Shown here piece after piece: positions 48,586 through 61,184 of a stretch of 64,000 nucleotides of DNA (position 1 is the first letter of the stretch; each line of letters opens with the position of its first letter). Under the pieces are notes generated by a model that was given only the letters and a program-made list of their open reading frames with translations, had not been told where the DNA came from and did not search any database. This DNA comes from Sphyrna mokarran. Taxonomy: Eukaryota. The stretch lies in contig JAGIQG010000005.1 of assembly GCA_024679065.1 (NCBI GenBank), positions 107,198,001 to 107,262,000 on the forward strand, read 5' to 3'. The translations under genes and the position numbers were made by a program.

Positions 48586-48848
48586 CAAGATTTTGCTCAA
48601 TTCACTTCATGGCTGGGATGTTACTACCGTTCACATCGGAGGGATTTTTCCATCCTGCTGCAGTGAGCAAAGATTTGGTGTCAAATTCTCCGACCTCACT
48701 GTTGCTGGAGTGTGGCATGAATAGCCAGTAAGATCGTGTTCCATGTGTGGAATTTTACCCCCTCGAGGCTGGCCTCGGGCAGAATTTTATGAGCCTTGCT
48801 CGAGAGAGGTCGTAAAATCCCGGCCCATTTCTCCTGATGTGGTTCATC

Positions 48849-49143
48849 TTAGAAATCTGATGGTACAGAAGGAGGCCATTTGGAACATTGAGTCTGCACC
48901 GCCAGCAATCCTACCCAGGCCCTATCCCCATCTATTTACCCTGCCACTCCTTCTATCCTAAACATCCCAAGACACTAAGGGTTAATTTAGAATGGTCAAT
49001 CAACCCTAAGCCGCACATCTTATGAGAGGAAACTGTTATGTGCAGACATGGGGAGAATGCGGAAAATCCACACAGACAATGACCCACCAAGGATTAACCC
49101 CGGTTCTTGGAGCTGTGAGGCAGTACTAACCACAGTGCCATCC
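48849..49143 (-). mobile_element. V-SINE, diverged
   Basis: CTGTGAGGCAGTACTAACCACAGTGCCA head on minus; CR1-type tail. Confidence 0.8.
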
Positions 49144-49398
49144 TGTAATATACATTGTATACATTATAATGCTCTTGTAAAGCACCAGAAGATTTTTCAT
49201 TGCATTAAAGGTTCTGTACCTTTAATGTACCGAAGTTATTCTAAAGGCTTACCCCATTCATCATTGTTGCCCTTTTCCAAGCCCCTTCCTCTCTCTCTCT
49301 CTCTCTCCTCTCCGCGCCCCCCCCCACCCCCCCAATCCCTCTCACCTTTGATTTGTGCTGTGCTTGTTAAAAAGCTGCCCATCCCTAAGACCGACTTC

Positions 49399-49530
49399 TT
49401 CTGAGAAGGATCATCGGTCTGAAAGGTGAACACTCCTTCCCTCTTCGCAAAGGCTGCCTGACCTGTCGGGAAATTTCAGAATGTTCTATTTTTATTTCAA
49501 ATACCCACTGTCTGTAGTGTTTTTGCTTTA
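49399..49530 (+). mobile_element. Copy of the same short Penelope-like repeat
   Basis: Colinear with 40501-40634 (CTGA..AAGG.TC...GAAA..., GCTG.C.G.C.TG, TTTTT.TTTCA.AT). Confidence 0.55.
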
Positions 49531-50929
49531 GGCCCATATGGGGTCATGTGGGCCTAAGCTGCTTCTGTAATCACAGTTCCAATTATCCTCGCCATGGCAG
49601 GAAGTGTGAGGAAGTCCTACAGATTTAATATAAATGTTAATGCTGCTGATATCGATTTTAAATAATTTTGGTTGATCTTCCTCCGTGTGACCTTCAACAT
49701 TTCATAATAATGAGAGCGAACCTTTGGTAGTAATCATAATGGAGAAGTGTACTTCTTGCTTGTCAAATTGTAACACTTTCACCTTTGCTGAAGGAAATCC
49801 TAATCTTTTATTAAACATTACAGCACTTCAGAGTCTACATGCTGCCTGCAGCAGTTTTAATTTTATTAGCTTCTGTCAGTCAAACCGTGTATGAGAAATA
49901 ACGAGAGGCTGTACAGGTGAGGCTGAGAGAATTTTAACTCCTCAAATGAATGGGCTTCTGCTGGTTCAGAAGTTAAGTTTGAATCATGACTCCCAATAAG
50001 CCTTTGTGACTTTAATGGAATAACTCAGCAGGCAACTGACTTGCTTGCAAAAAGGCGTGCTGGTAATTTAAATATTCTAATGAGATTGCATGCCTTCTGC
50101 TTAATCACCATTTTGCATTTTAATCTGCCTGACTGAGTTTTCTGAGCTTCGGGAAACCTGTAAGCCAAAGGGAGGTGAGGATCGCTGGATCCGAGTTAAG
50201 TGTCTTTTCACCTTTCTGCTAAGGGGTCCAGAACATTTGCCTCACATCCTCACTCTGAGTTAACCATGAGCTCCCCATGTCCCTACCCCTGGGTCCAACA
50301 GACCTCCTTCCTGAGGCCTCCAATTATGATCTTTCCCAAAGCCAGCCTGCGATCGCCCCTGCATCCCTGCCTCCCTTATCATATCTGACTCTGCACCCCC
50401 ATCACAATGGCTGTTTGTTTTCTTTTTGACTCTTTCCACTCTTGCTGTGAACGGAATTTAATATTTCAATCAAAGTGGGCCCCGACAGGCTCGATATTGA
50501 CCTGGAGGTGGGAGTGATGAGGATACAGGTAGGCTGGCAATGGGTTTGATGTGGGTGAACTTAGAAAAATGTTGTTTAAATTCAGCAGGACCTGATAACC
50601 ATTTTTTTTGCCTCAGTTTTGTGGCATTTGCTAGCAAGATTGAAAGGCTGGCTGGCTATTGAGCAGGTAGGTCTTTAGGAAGGGAGTGATAAGGAGCTGC
50701 TGAGGTGGGCTTGGGCTTCCTGGAAGCACCGGGGTGTGAGCTGCAGGATACGCAGTCAGGCAACATTAGGAAGACAGTGGTCAGCAGTGATTGGACTGGT
50801 TGAGACTGGATCACAAGTGTCAATGTTGGGTATGATTGTGAGGAATAGAGGCAGGAAGAAGTGAAGCAAGTAAGCTGAATATCTAACATGTAAGTAGAAA
50901 GACCCTAACTTCCCAAATTAAACAATCTT

Positions 50930-52100
50930 CATTCCTCTTTTGCTGTTGAGTTTCCCCAAGATCTGGAAAAAAACCTATTGGAAAAGTTTAAATTTAAAAT
51001 AGTGATTAAATCTAAGGCCAGTCATGATCATACAGATTGGCCCGAAGAGCTGTAGGTCTATTCCTGCTTTTATTCTTTCGTTCTTGAGTAATGTGTTGCA
51101 GTTAGTGGTTCACAGGTTTTCAGGCCCACAGTCTAGTGGGCCAGATTATGTAGGCCTTGGTGAATCATGCCCAGTATGGGATCCCTGAAAAATTGTATGC
51201 TGAATTGCTGAAGCGACTGAGAGTACAGGCACTCGTAGACAATTAAGATGTGATATAATAGGGGTGTTTATGATGGATAAAGAATTGAGTAAGATAAATA
51301 AAGAGAAACTATTTCTCTGGTGGGATGTCTGCAGCAAAGAGTTATAGCCTAAGATGACCGTTGGATCATTCAGACATAACATCAGGGAGAACCTCCTCAC
51401 ACAGATGGCAGCAGAAATCTGGAATTCTCCCCCCACACCCGGACCACGGAATCTCACCGCAGAATAACCAGAGAATTCTGGCCTTTGTGTCTTAATGTGT
51501 CGATGAAAAGGCAATAAGTGCATGGGGTGATTGTGCAGGAAGAGCAGAAGGGCCCAAAATGTTGTTTAGGGCTCCAAGAATTCTCAAGAGGGCTGTACTT
51601 ACGTAGACATTTTCAGATCATGTGTACAGCAAAGATTTCCAAGCATGTCCCATTGTTGACGGACTTCAGTTAGATGGATAGATTGGAGAAACTGGAGTTT
51701 TACTTTTTACATGAAACAAGGATAAGGGAAGATGTGATAGAAGTGCCTAAAAAAATGTGAGAGTCTAGGCAGAGTAGATATGGAGAAACTTTTCCCATTG
51801 GCAGAAGAGTTGAAAACTAGAAGGCACCAATTGTAAATGACAAAAGAACCAAAGGTGACTTTGGAGAAATAAAATGATTTATACAGTGCGTGGTTAGGAT
51901 ATTGAATACACTGTGACTGTGATGGAGGTTGATTCAGTAGTACCTTTCAAAAGGGAATTAGATAATTACTCGGAAAAAAGACTGCAGAGCCCTGGGTAAA
52001 GGGCAGAGGGAGTGCAACAAGCTCAGTTGCTCTTGCAGGAGAACCAGCACTGACACAATAAGCTAAACAGCCTCCTGTACTGTAGCTACTCCACGATTCT
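50930..52100 (+). mobile_element. Cluster of old CR1 3' fragments
   Basis: Degenerate ORF2 C-terminus and UTRs at ~50930-51090, 51230-51430 and 51560-52100. Confidence 0.6.
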
Positions 52101-52680
52101 ATTTACTAATTATGTTTTTCACAGTATTCGGGCTGATCTCTTCATGAACAGATAATTTTTAGTAATGTATTGAACAATAGCAAAACTAAGGGTAACCATG
52201 GCTGAACTGAAATGAGAAAGGTCAGTGCTTAATTTTCTGGTGCATGCTGTGATCAGGGAGTTTCACCCATTGGCCATATACACTGGGAAATGATCGAAAT
52301 TCTGTCTGCAATCTTTCACTGATTGAACTAAAGCAAAAGGCACAGTTACGTTTATTCATGATTATGTTACAAGTAGGCTTACATTAACACTGCAATGTAG
52401 TTAACTGTGAAAAGAGTTGGAGATGAGAATGTCCACTGCAAATACTGGAAAAAACTGATCCTATTATCTTGACTTAATTCCATTAATATTTTGATTTATT
52501 TCTGAAGTAATGCTCTACTTCAGGTGAAATACATCAAGGCTGGAGAATTGAATCCTTTCCATTCTTGCGTACAATTAGAACAGTTGGAATAATTGCAGGT
52601 TTTAGTCTGTTTCAGCAATCCATCTTAATTCTTACCTCAGAAGAATCATTTCTGTTGCATTGTATATCATTTTAATTTCC

Positions 52681-53284
52681 CATAGAACATAGAACATTAC
52701 AGTGCAGAACAGGCCCTTCAGCCCTCGATGTCGCGCCAACCAATTAAGAAAAAGCAATGACCCTCTAACCTAAACCATTCCCTTTTCATCCATAAACTTA
52801 TCCACGGACTTCTTAAACGCCCCCAAACTTGGCACATCTACAACTGCAGCAGGCAGGGCATTCCATACCCTTACTACCCTCTGGGTAAAGAACCTACCTC
52901 TGACATCCGTCCTATAACTACCACCCCTTAATTTAAAGCTATGTCCCCTCGTGCTAGCTTTCTCCATCCAAGGAAAAAGGCTATCACTGTCCACCTTTAA
53001 TCATCTTGTATGTTTCAATAAGGTCTCCTCTTAGCTGCCTTCTTTCTAACAACCTCAAATCCCTCAGCCTCTCCTCATAAGACCTTCCCTCCATACCAGG
53101 CAACATCCTGGTAAACGTCCTCTGCACCCTCTCCAATGCCTCCACATCTTTTTTATAATGTGGGGACCAGAACTGCACACAATACTCCAAGTGCGGCCGC
53201 ACCAGAGTTTTGTACAGTTGCAACATGACATTGCAGCTCTGAAATTCAATCCCCCTACCAATAAAAGCCAAGACTGCGTATGCC
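52681..53284 (-). mobile_element. CR1 3' fragment, slightly older sister variant of the young family
   Basis: ORFs 52984-53286 and 52770-52994 (RGGSY, VVRVWN) with small deletions; CATAGAA tail. Confidence 0.93.
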
Positions 53285-53329
53285 AATTGCCATGACAGCC
53301 ATTCATCTATAGCCCTTGAATAAGATTGC

Positions 53330-53570
53330 TAAGGTACTAAGTGTCTTTTATGTCGTAAAACATTCCAAGGAGCTTTGTGGAAGTATAATCAGACAAGTAC
53401 TGACCGAGAGTCAAGAAAAGTTAGGAACTTCTTAAAGGAGGTGATAAAAACAGAAACGGAGAAGGCTTGGGGAATTCCACAGTGTGGGGACCTTGATCAA
53501 TGAAAGCACAGCCATCAATGGTATAGCAAAGGAAGTAGATAACATGCAAGAGGCTAGAACAAGCTGAACT
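53330..53570 (-). mobile_element. Old L2-type 3' end
   Basis: Minus strand IDGCAF..QGP.LWNSP...SFK-like end plus L2-like UTR. Confidence 0.5.
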
Positions 53571-54578
53571 CACAACCTTGTAGCAGCATCAATTATTCTC
53601 CACGCTTTTGCATAAGGAGTTCTAGGACACGAGATTAATATGATTTCATATAAAGCTAACTTTTAAATGTTGGGTGAAATGGAGAAAAATGTTAAATTTG
53701 CTAGCAAAGAATACGGCCAGTTACAGGAGTCATATTTGGTCCATTTTACCTGACACTCAGGAGACATCAATCCTTTGTCCCTTCTAAGTACACAATTCAT
53801 GGCTGAGCCTATGAAAATAAACAGAATCTGAGTGACATTTTTTTACCAGTTGCAACCAATGAAAATTGACATTTACTTCCAAGCAAGAATATTCAGCAAA
53901 TACACCTTCTGATTTCACATGATTTTTGAAAATCATTACAAGCGTTGTAATTTTTGTGCTGCATAAGAATGAAGATACTTCGATTTGCAAATGGGATCAC
54001 AGTGTATCTGACAAAAAAAAAAGGACTCTGTCAGTTGGTTATCTCTCTGCTTGTATTGTTAGTTGTGGATGATAAATGATGAGTTTCTTTTTGTGACCCA
54101 CATGGCAGCGATTTCTCATAGCTGACATAGAGTGGTCATGGGAACAATGATGATGAATTGTCTCTGAAGTAGAAGACTTTTTCATTGTTTTGAAAAAAAG
54201 AATTGCTTCATATGTATCCAGTTACAAGTTTAAGGTTTTTGCTTTGATATTCTCTTAGTCACATTGATATTAGTCAAGTCCATGAAAAGTTGAGTATCAT
54301 CTGCTCAGGAATATATCTTTCACTGCCCAATATCTAACTATGTGGAAACATAAAGTAGGGGCTTTTACACTTGCTTCTTTCTTCCCTGTATAGGTGGATC
54401 ACATGATGAGACTAGACTAAGCTGCTTTATTTTACAGTAAGTGTGCATAGAACAGCAGTTAAAAAATCAATTTGTTTATGAAACTTGTTCTAATGAATAA
54501 CTAAAAGCAAATAAGTGTGATATACTTCCCCAATCAATGGATTGTTTTGTTTAACTCCTCATTGCTTTTCCAGCTAGT

Positions 54579-54790
54579 TAAATGCGCCAATCTGAACAGT
54601 GGTGGAGTGTGGCGACTAGGGGAATTTCACAGTAACTTCATTGTAGTGTTAATGTAAGCCTTGGTCTCTATATGTCATTAAGACGTTAGGATGGCGGCGT
54701 GAGCTCATTGGGCCGAAGGGCCTGTTTCCCGTGCTGTGTTGTTCTTTTTTCTTTGTTCTTTGTTCTTTATGTGTGACTAATAAATAAGCT
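54579..54790 (+). mobile_element. 3' part of a Rex1-tail SINE, interrupted by a CR1 tail
   Basis: GGAGTGTGGCGACTAGGGGAATTTCACAGTAACTTCATTGTAGTGTTAATGTAAGCC...TGTGACTAATAAATAA; an isolated minus-strand tail lies at ~52355-52413. Confidence 0.75.
54661..54768 (+). mobile_element. 3'-terminal fragment of the (TGTTCTT)n-tailed CR1 family inserted in a SINE tail
   Basis: From ~54682 matches the last ~85 nt of the 63774 and 57295 copies; host SINE tail split as AATGTAAGCC|ATGTGTGACTAATAAA. Confidence 0.8.
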
Positions 54791-55039
54791 TTAACTTTTA
54801 TCATGCCTCTTGCAACCTTTTCTGTTCCAAGAACTTGACAGTGGTACAACAGCACTTATAATGTTTCTGACCTGAAAACAGGCCTGGCTTCTGTTTCTCA
54901 CCAACCTGGTGAGAAAATTCAGGCCTCAATCTTCAGCCTCGTGCCTTTTCTTTCGGGACTTAGCAACAACAGGACATATTCTGCATTTATATACCCTGTC
55001 TTAGCCATTTATAAGGTTAATCGCTTCTATTAATGTGTC

Positions 55040-55640
55040 TTCATAATATGTGTTGTAGAAAGAAAATTGGTTTCTTTGTCTATTCTTGTATTGGGCAGTG
55101 AGCATATTGTACTCTTCCTAAAGATTTAAGATCCTTCTTGTAATGTGAAGCCAAATACTTCACACAGTACTCGAACTGAGATCTTTTTAAAGTTTAATAT
55201 TGGCTCATCATTACCTCTTGGCTTTTACATGCTGTACTTCCTGTGTTAAAACCTGAAATTCCATTAACTCTTTTTACAGCTTTGTCAATCTGAGATGCTA
55301 TTTTTAATGCTCTGTGAACTTGTGCTCCAAATATCTCTCCTTTTTCCACAGCAGAAAGCCTGGACTGAGTATAATTGCTATCTTTATTCCTCAAAATATA
55401 TCATCTCTCATTTTCAGACACTGTCATCTTTTTGCCCATTTCCCCATTTTTCCATCATACCCCCTTACAGACTCCAGTAGTTTCCCAAAGCATTAGCTAG
55501 CTATAACTGTGATTTTGGTATCATTTATGATTTTTTCCCATTGTTCCCTCCAGGACTATAACAAAATCATTGATAACTATAGTGAACGTAAAAGACTCAG
55601 AACTGGAGGAATCTACAGGAAATTATAACCATGTCCAACA
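55040..55640 (-). mobile_element. Old CR1 fragment
   Basis: ORF 55194-55394 QVHRALKIASQIDKAVKRVNG; CACAGTACTCGAACTG (antisense LEYCV). Confidence 0.6.
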
Positions 55641-56091
55641 GCATTGAGAACAAAAACCTTTAACACCAAAGAATTTTGCAGTCCTGAAGTGAGTTCTAGA
55701 AGAAAATGGTTGCTGGTGATGAAATTGGAAACACTGCCTCTGTCTCTGGTGCACTCATTTTCACTGGTGGAGGGAAGGGAGTAGTCTGAGAACCCAATAA
55801 ACTCTATTCAAACAGTGCCATGTTTAAAGTGCACATTTAAGAATTTCTGGAATCTTCACAGAAGTCGTCCTAATACATTTCTGTAAGAGTTGAAACATGA
55901 AGCATGATTTAGAGGTGAGAAAAGCGTCAAAATCACGTTGCTTCCTTTGCAATTAATCATGAAATATTACAGCCTGAATTGTAAATGTTATAATCGGGTG
56001 AGAACAGTTGTAAGGATAGCCCCTTTTTATCCCACTCCTTAGTTGATCATAACAAGGATTTTTGAAATTTATAAGGAACAGCACTGTATTT

Positions 56092-56417
56092 TGGGGTGAC
56101 ATGGTAGCATAGTGGTTAGTACTGCTACTTCATAGCTCCAGGGACCTGGGTTCAATTCCCAGTTTGAGTCACTGACTGTGTGAAGTTTGCACATTCTCCC
56201 CGTGTCTGCATGGGCTTCCTCCGGGTGCTCCGGTTTCCTCCCACAGTCCAAAGATGTGCTGGTTAGATTGGTTGGTCATGCTAAAAAAATTGCCCCTTAG
56301 TGTCCTGAGATGCATAGGTTAGAGGGATTAGTGGGTGGATATAGGTCTGGGGTGGGATTGTGATTGGTGCAGACTGGATGGGCCAAATGGCCTCTCTCTG
56401 CACTGTAAGATTCTATG
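56092..56417 (+). mobile_element. HE1-type V-SINE, full length
   Basis: Head with GGGTTCAATTCCC B box, V-domain, GATTCTATG tail. Confidence 0.9.
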
Positions 56418-56753
56418 AACAATCTGCTAACTGCTAATTTATTGCATCTATTTAACTGTTTGCACACTAATTGTTTCCATGCATTTAAACAAGAGAGGGG
56501 TTAGTTTCATGTTGCTAAAAATCCACCCAGGTAAAATTATTAATAAGGTCAAAATGCACACACGTGACCAGCAATGCACAGAAAAAATTGCAGAGGTTAT
56601 CTTTTGGCTGAATTTAGATTCAACCATAAAAGGTAAAGTTATATGAGCCCTTCACTGTTGTTCATGACTGCGTCAATTCTTAAAACTGTAGTCTTTGTTT
56701 TTTTTAATCTCCTGAAAATGCTGTTTTGGAATTTAAAATCTTCTTTTGAATAT

Positions 56754-57295
56754 AAAATAGGGATCATGAGCCTTGGGAGTTCCCTGGGAATTGTGTAAAT
56801 TGTGAATGATATTGATGTATTTCTGTTTTATCCGACAGCTGTTTTGGCCTACCATGTTGTCTAATAAGGGGCATACACGCGATGGGTTGTGAGAGGGCTG
56901 CTCTTGGATTTTTCGAGAGTATCCTAGTGCTTCACATCGTTAGTGTATGCTTGACCTGGACCAGTTGATGGGCAACACAACAGCTCAGTGACTATCACTG
57001 TGTTGTGCAGATACATGCATTTGGGCTTGTGTCTGTGGGAGTTTGCGCATTCTCCCTGTGCTTGCGTGGGTTTTCTCCAGGTGCTCCGGTTTCCTCCCAC
57101 ACCCCAAAGATGTGGTCTTAGGCTAATTGGCAAAACGAATTCTCCCTAAATTGTCTCAAATTTGGTTCCAATGCATACATGTATAAACATAGACAGGGAT
57201 CATAGGTAGAAGTGGGAACATCGAGGTGACGACGCAGGCTCGTTGGGCCAAAGGGCCTGTTTCCTGTGCTGTTTTGTTCTTTGTTCTTTGTTCTT
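56754..57295 (+). mobile_element. Second copy of the long SINE-containing CR1 3' UTR; TSD AATAT
   Basis: Colinear with 63228-63774 along its whole length; AATAT at 56749-56753 and 57296-57300. Confidence 0.92.
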
Positions 57296-58494
57296 AATAT
57301 CTCTGGCTGCTGTCCACAGTACAATATAAACAGGCAGAGTCCAGCTTAGTTGAAAGAGATAGATAAGGGAACAGGCTTTGGACTGCCTTTAGATGTTCCA
57401 TTTCCACAAAACCACCAGGATTTTATGATTAAACAATTTCAGAAATCATAGTTTCAGTTACGTGATGACTGGCATTGATATGTGAAGGAAAACAATCAAT
57501 AGTCTATTCATTCCAGTGAGTAAGATTCCATTTTCTATAGTCAAAACCATTGACATACAATAGAGGACAATAGCTGAACTTCATACTTTCCTTGTGTATA
57601 ATCAGTTTTATTAGTACTTCTTTATTATGTGGTATTCTAGGACCTCATTGTCCTTGATGTTTTGAATTAAGTCCTGACAAATGCACATTGGACATTCCAG
57701 AATGATATGATCTACACATGTTCATTATAACCCACATTTTAAAGCTTTAAGAAGCTTGGCCGACTTGCAGTGCCAAATGTTAACCAGTTGCATCCTGTTC
57801 TTAACAGCTGAAACTGACATTTTAAAAATATGTGAGTTCATGTTTGACATCAATACACCTACGTAATGCTCTGTTCATGAAGGTAAGTGATGAGAGTGCT
57901 ATGGTTGGAAAATCTAACTGCCCATTAAATAACATCATTGCCAGGTGGTTACTTTTGACAACAGGCATTTTTCAGATGCATTAGGATAAATATTGCACTG
58001 GATAAGGTGTGATAATGAATACTATAGTATTGAAAGCATAATCCAGTGCAAACTTAATAATTAATTGTTTAAACTTTTCCAATTTCTTTCATTTATTCAG
58101 CGCAGTTTAACTGAGCCATCTGCCAGGCTCTTTTTAAACTTTGACAGATATATGAGTTTTAGGCTACTTCCAAAGTGCTAATGGATTCTGAAATATTGAG
58201 TTTATTTATTCAGTTGCTTGGGGAATATAAGGTTGATGGCTTTGGCAGATTTATGAAATTCTCAAGAGGCTAACTGTTTTTGAAGTGCCTTTTCAACTGA
58301 TGGTTACTTATTTGGACAGCTTTGTGAGCTTTTCAAGGCATTACAAATGTTAATGATGAGGATAAAGGAGGATGGAAGTAAGGGGGGAAGTGTTGTGGGG
58401 GATGAGATAGCAAAAGGGGTTGGGGTGACAAACATAAAGCAGATGGGAGTTGGGGGTGAGGTGTTGATAGTGAAGGGGCTTTATATCAATCTGT

Positions 58495-59060
58495 AGGTTT
58501 AAATTAATATGGATGAGCTATCAATGCCAGAATACCAGAGTATGGCTTTGGAGTCAATAACAGATAGGAAGGGTAATGAAATGGAGGCATTTGAAAGAAG
58601 AACAGAAAATGTTAAAATGAAGGTACTGTTTAGCCAGGAGCCAGTATAAATCAGCAAACATAAGTAGACAGGTAATGGGGGTGACACAGTGTGAGTTAGT
58701 AAGTGGGCAGCAGAGTCTGGAACAATTTCAAGGTAGACTGTGGGAATCCAACCAAGAGTACTTAGAAATAATCAATTCTAGAAGTAATAAAGGCATGAAT
58801 GAGAGTTTCAGGAACAAATGAGTTGTGGTGGGGCAAAGTTGCACAATGTTTGTGGAGTAAAAATATGGGGCTTTAATGATAGTGAGGAAATGTGGTTGGA
58901 AATTCATCTCGGATCATATATGAAACCAAGGTTGCAAACAGTTTTGTTCACCGTCAGGCAGTTGCCAGGAAAAGGGATAGAATTGATGGCTCGGGTTGGC
59001 ACCAGGGTTGAAGACACTTCCCAAAATATTGTTGATTTGAAGAGGAGAAAGGTGCAGGAT
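58495..59060 (-). mobile_element. Old L2-type LINE fragment
   Basis: Minus strand PETLIHAFITSRIDY at ~58770-58812. Confidence 0.65.
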
Positions 59061-61184
59061 TCATGGGGAGGACAGAAGAGCAGAATATTGAGATTTGTTT
59101 TGGATTAATTAAAAAAGGGATGGCACAAACAAAATGGGCTTTTTTTTGGTTCCATTGCATTAATATCTTTTCCATTCACGTGTATAAAATTAGTACCAAA
59201 ACAGCCTTCTATTTGAGAGAGAAGTCATGGGAAATCTCAGAATTGAAGAGTTCAAAATGACAATGAATGATGGGAAAAGAATCACAGAATTGGGTGCCTA
59301 AGTACATTATAAATGCTTGGTCTGCCAAAGATATTCCACAAGAAATATTTTTCAAAGTGTAGTCAGTTTTATCAACTCTCTGAGTAACTTATATTTATAT
59401 TGTGCCGATGCTGCCCAATAACAACAGAGATCGATTTGCCTTTCTCTTGTGCCTGACACAGTCTGGGAGATGCTTAGTTCCCAGACACAGCAATAGTGAT
59501 AAGGTTGAAACCTCTTGTATCAGGAGAGTGTGCACACATGTAACAATAAATAACATAAACCAAGGATGTAATGAGCGGGTTACCTTAATATTTGAACCCA
59601 ATAATAGGGGAAAAACTCAATAAGGTCTTATGTCATTGCATCAGGTCCAGCCCCATTGAGGGAGGCAACATACAATCTTTTTGCTGCCTGTTCACTTAAT
59701 TGATTAGAACCTGCAACCTCACTGCATTCATGTAACGGGAGCTATTACATCAATTCTGGGTGGCTTGTGTAGAAGATATTGGACATCAAATGGAGTACAG
59801 GCCAGAGACAGAGACTCCCATTTTTTTCTGGCGAGCATGCATCTACTGCCCTTGTCCTAAGGTTGAAGATGGAAGATGCTGTTGAAGGAATTATGGTGAG
59901 TTGCTGATGTTCTTTTGTGATATTCAAACTTCTTTTGAGGGCTCATCTATTTGAAACGTTCGTGCAAGGGAGAACAAATGGTTGTATTATATTGGGACAA
60001 GTTACGTAGATGCAAGGTGAAATATTTAAGGTATAGCATCTGGAAAAGTGTCTCCTCAAATAACCTAAGCTTAAAGAAGACAAATGACTGCGGTGAAGTC
60101 CATGATTCTTTTAAATTTGAAATTGCCCTGAGGAGTTGAACTTGGCTTTGGAAGAAATAGCTGACCTATAACAATGATGGCTTTCTGAACTCTCCAGAGG
60201 GTAATTCTTTAATTTTGATGCTGAACGTACACTGCAAATCAGGTAGTATATGGTCTTTGTATCTGTAAATTGAAGAATAGACAGTAACATAGGGCAGACT
60301 GCAAATGGCTTGATCTGGCTTTGCTGAGAAATATTATCCATTGAAGTCATATTGAATAGATGAGATTCAGTTGTTCTGACTGCTGCAATTCCATAAATAA
60401 TATTGCAGTTTTTCCCCCACCTTACACACACACATGCACAAATAATTCTTTTCTTTGCCCTTCTACATTACGGCTGCTGCAAATCACATTCCATTCTTAC
60501 CTTCAGCTGTGATTGCAGATGAATTAGTATTGGACTTGTACGGTACTCCAGATTCACTTCCTGTGCAGTATTTATTATACATGTGACCATTAAAGCATAA
60601 AATCCTATCACTTTGATTTAAGTGGTAGCTAATAACCTCCCTCGATTTATTCCTAGACTCGAGTGCAGGAAATGTTTATAGTGAATTAGTTTAAGTTAAA
60701 ATTTAACTGAAGTATTTCACACAAGAAATAAATTAGATACCCTATTTTGTTTGTGTAGCAAGGACGTGTGAAATAATTCAGATAGATTTATGATTTGCAA
60801 TTATATTTGCCATTATATTTAAAATTTTACACAATTCATTCAGTAAGAACCTTATTTCAAAAGTTCATTTCCAGGTATAAATTTAATCAATGGGACTCTT
60901 TGTTATTTTTAAAACTGCTTGGAGAGACAAAGCAGATTTTCCAGGAAGGAGATTGAGACAGATGTCATATCCCTCTCAGCTAATAAGAATATGCGCATTG
61001 GTTTCTTTGTTATTCTGCATTAATTAGAGTGGAACACTACGCTTCAGTAACCTGTCTTCTTTACAAAGAAGAATATAAATCACTTTTTAAATGTTGTTTT
61101 GCTTCAGCATTCATTCTGCAGCACCATGAATTTCATTATTGGTAGATTTGTATAAAAATTCAGCACCAAACATAACTTTTGTCT

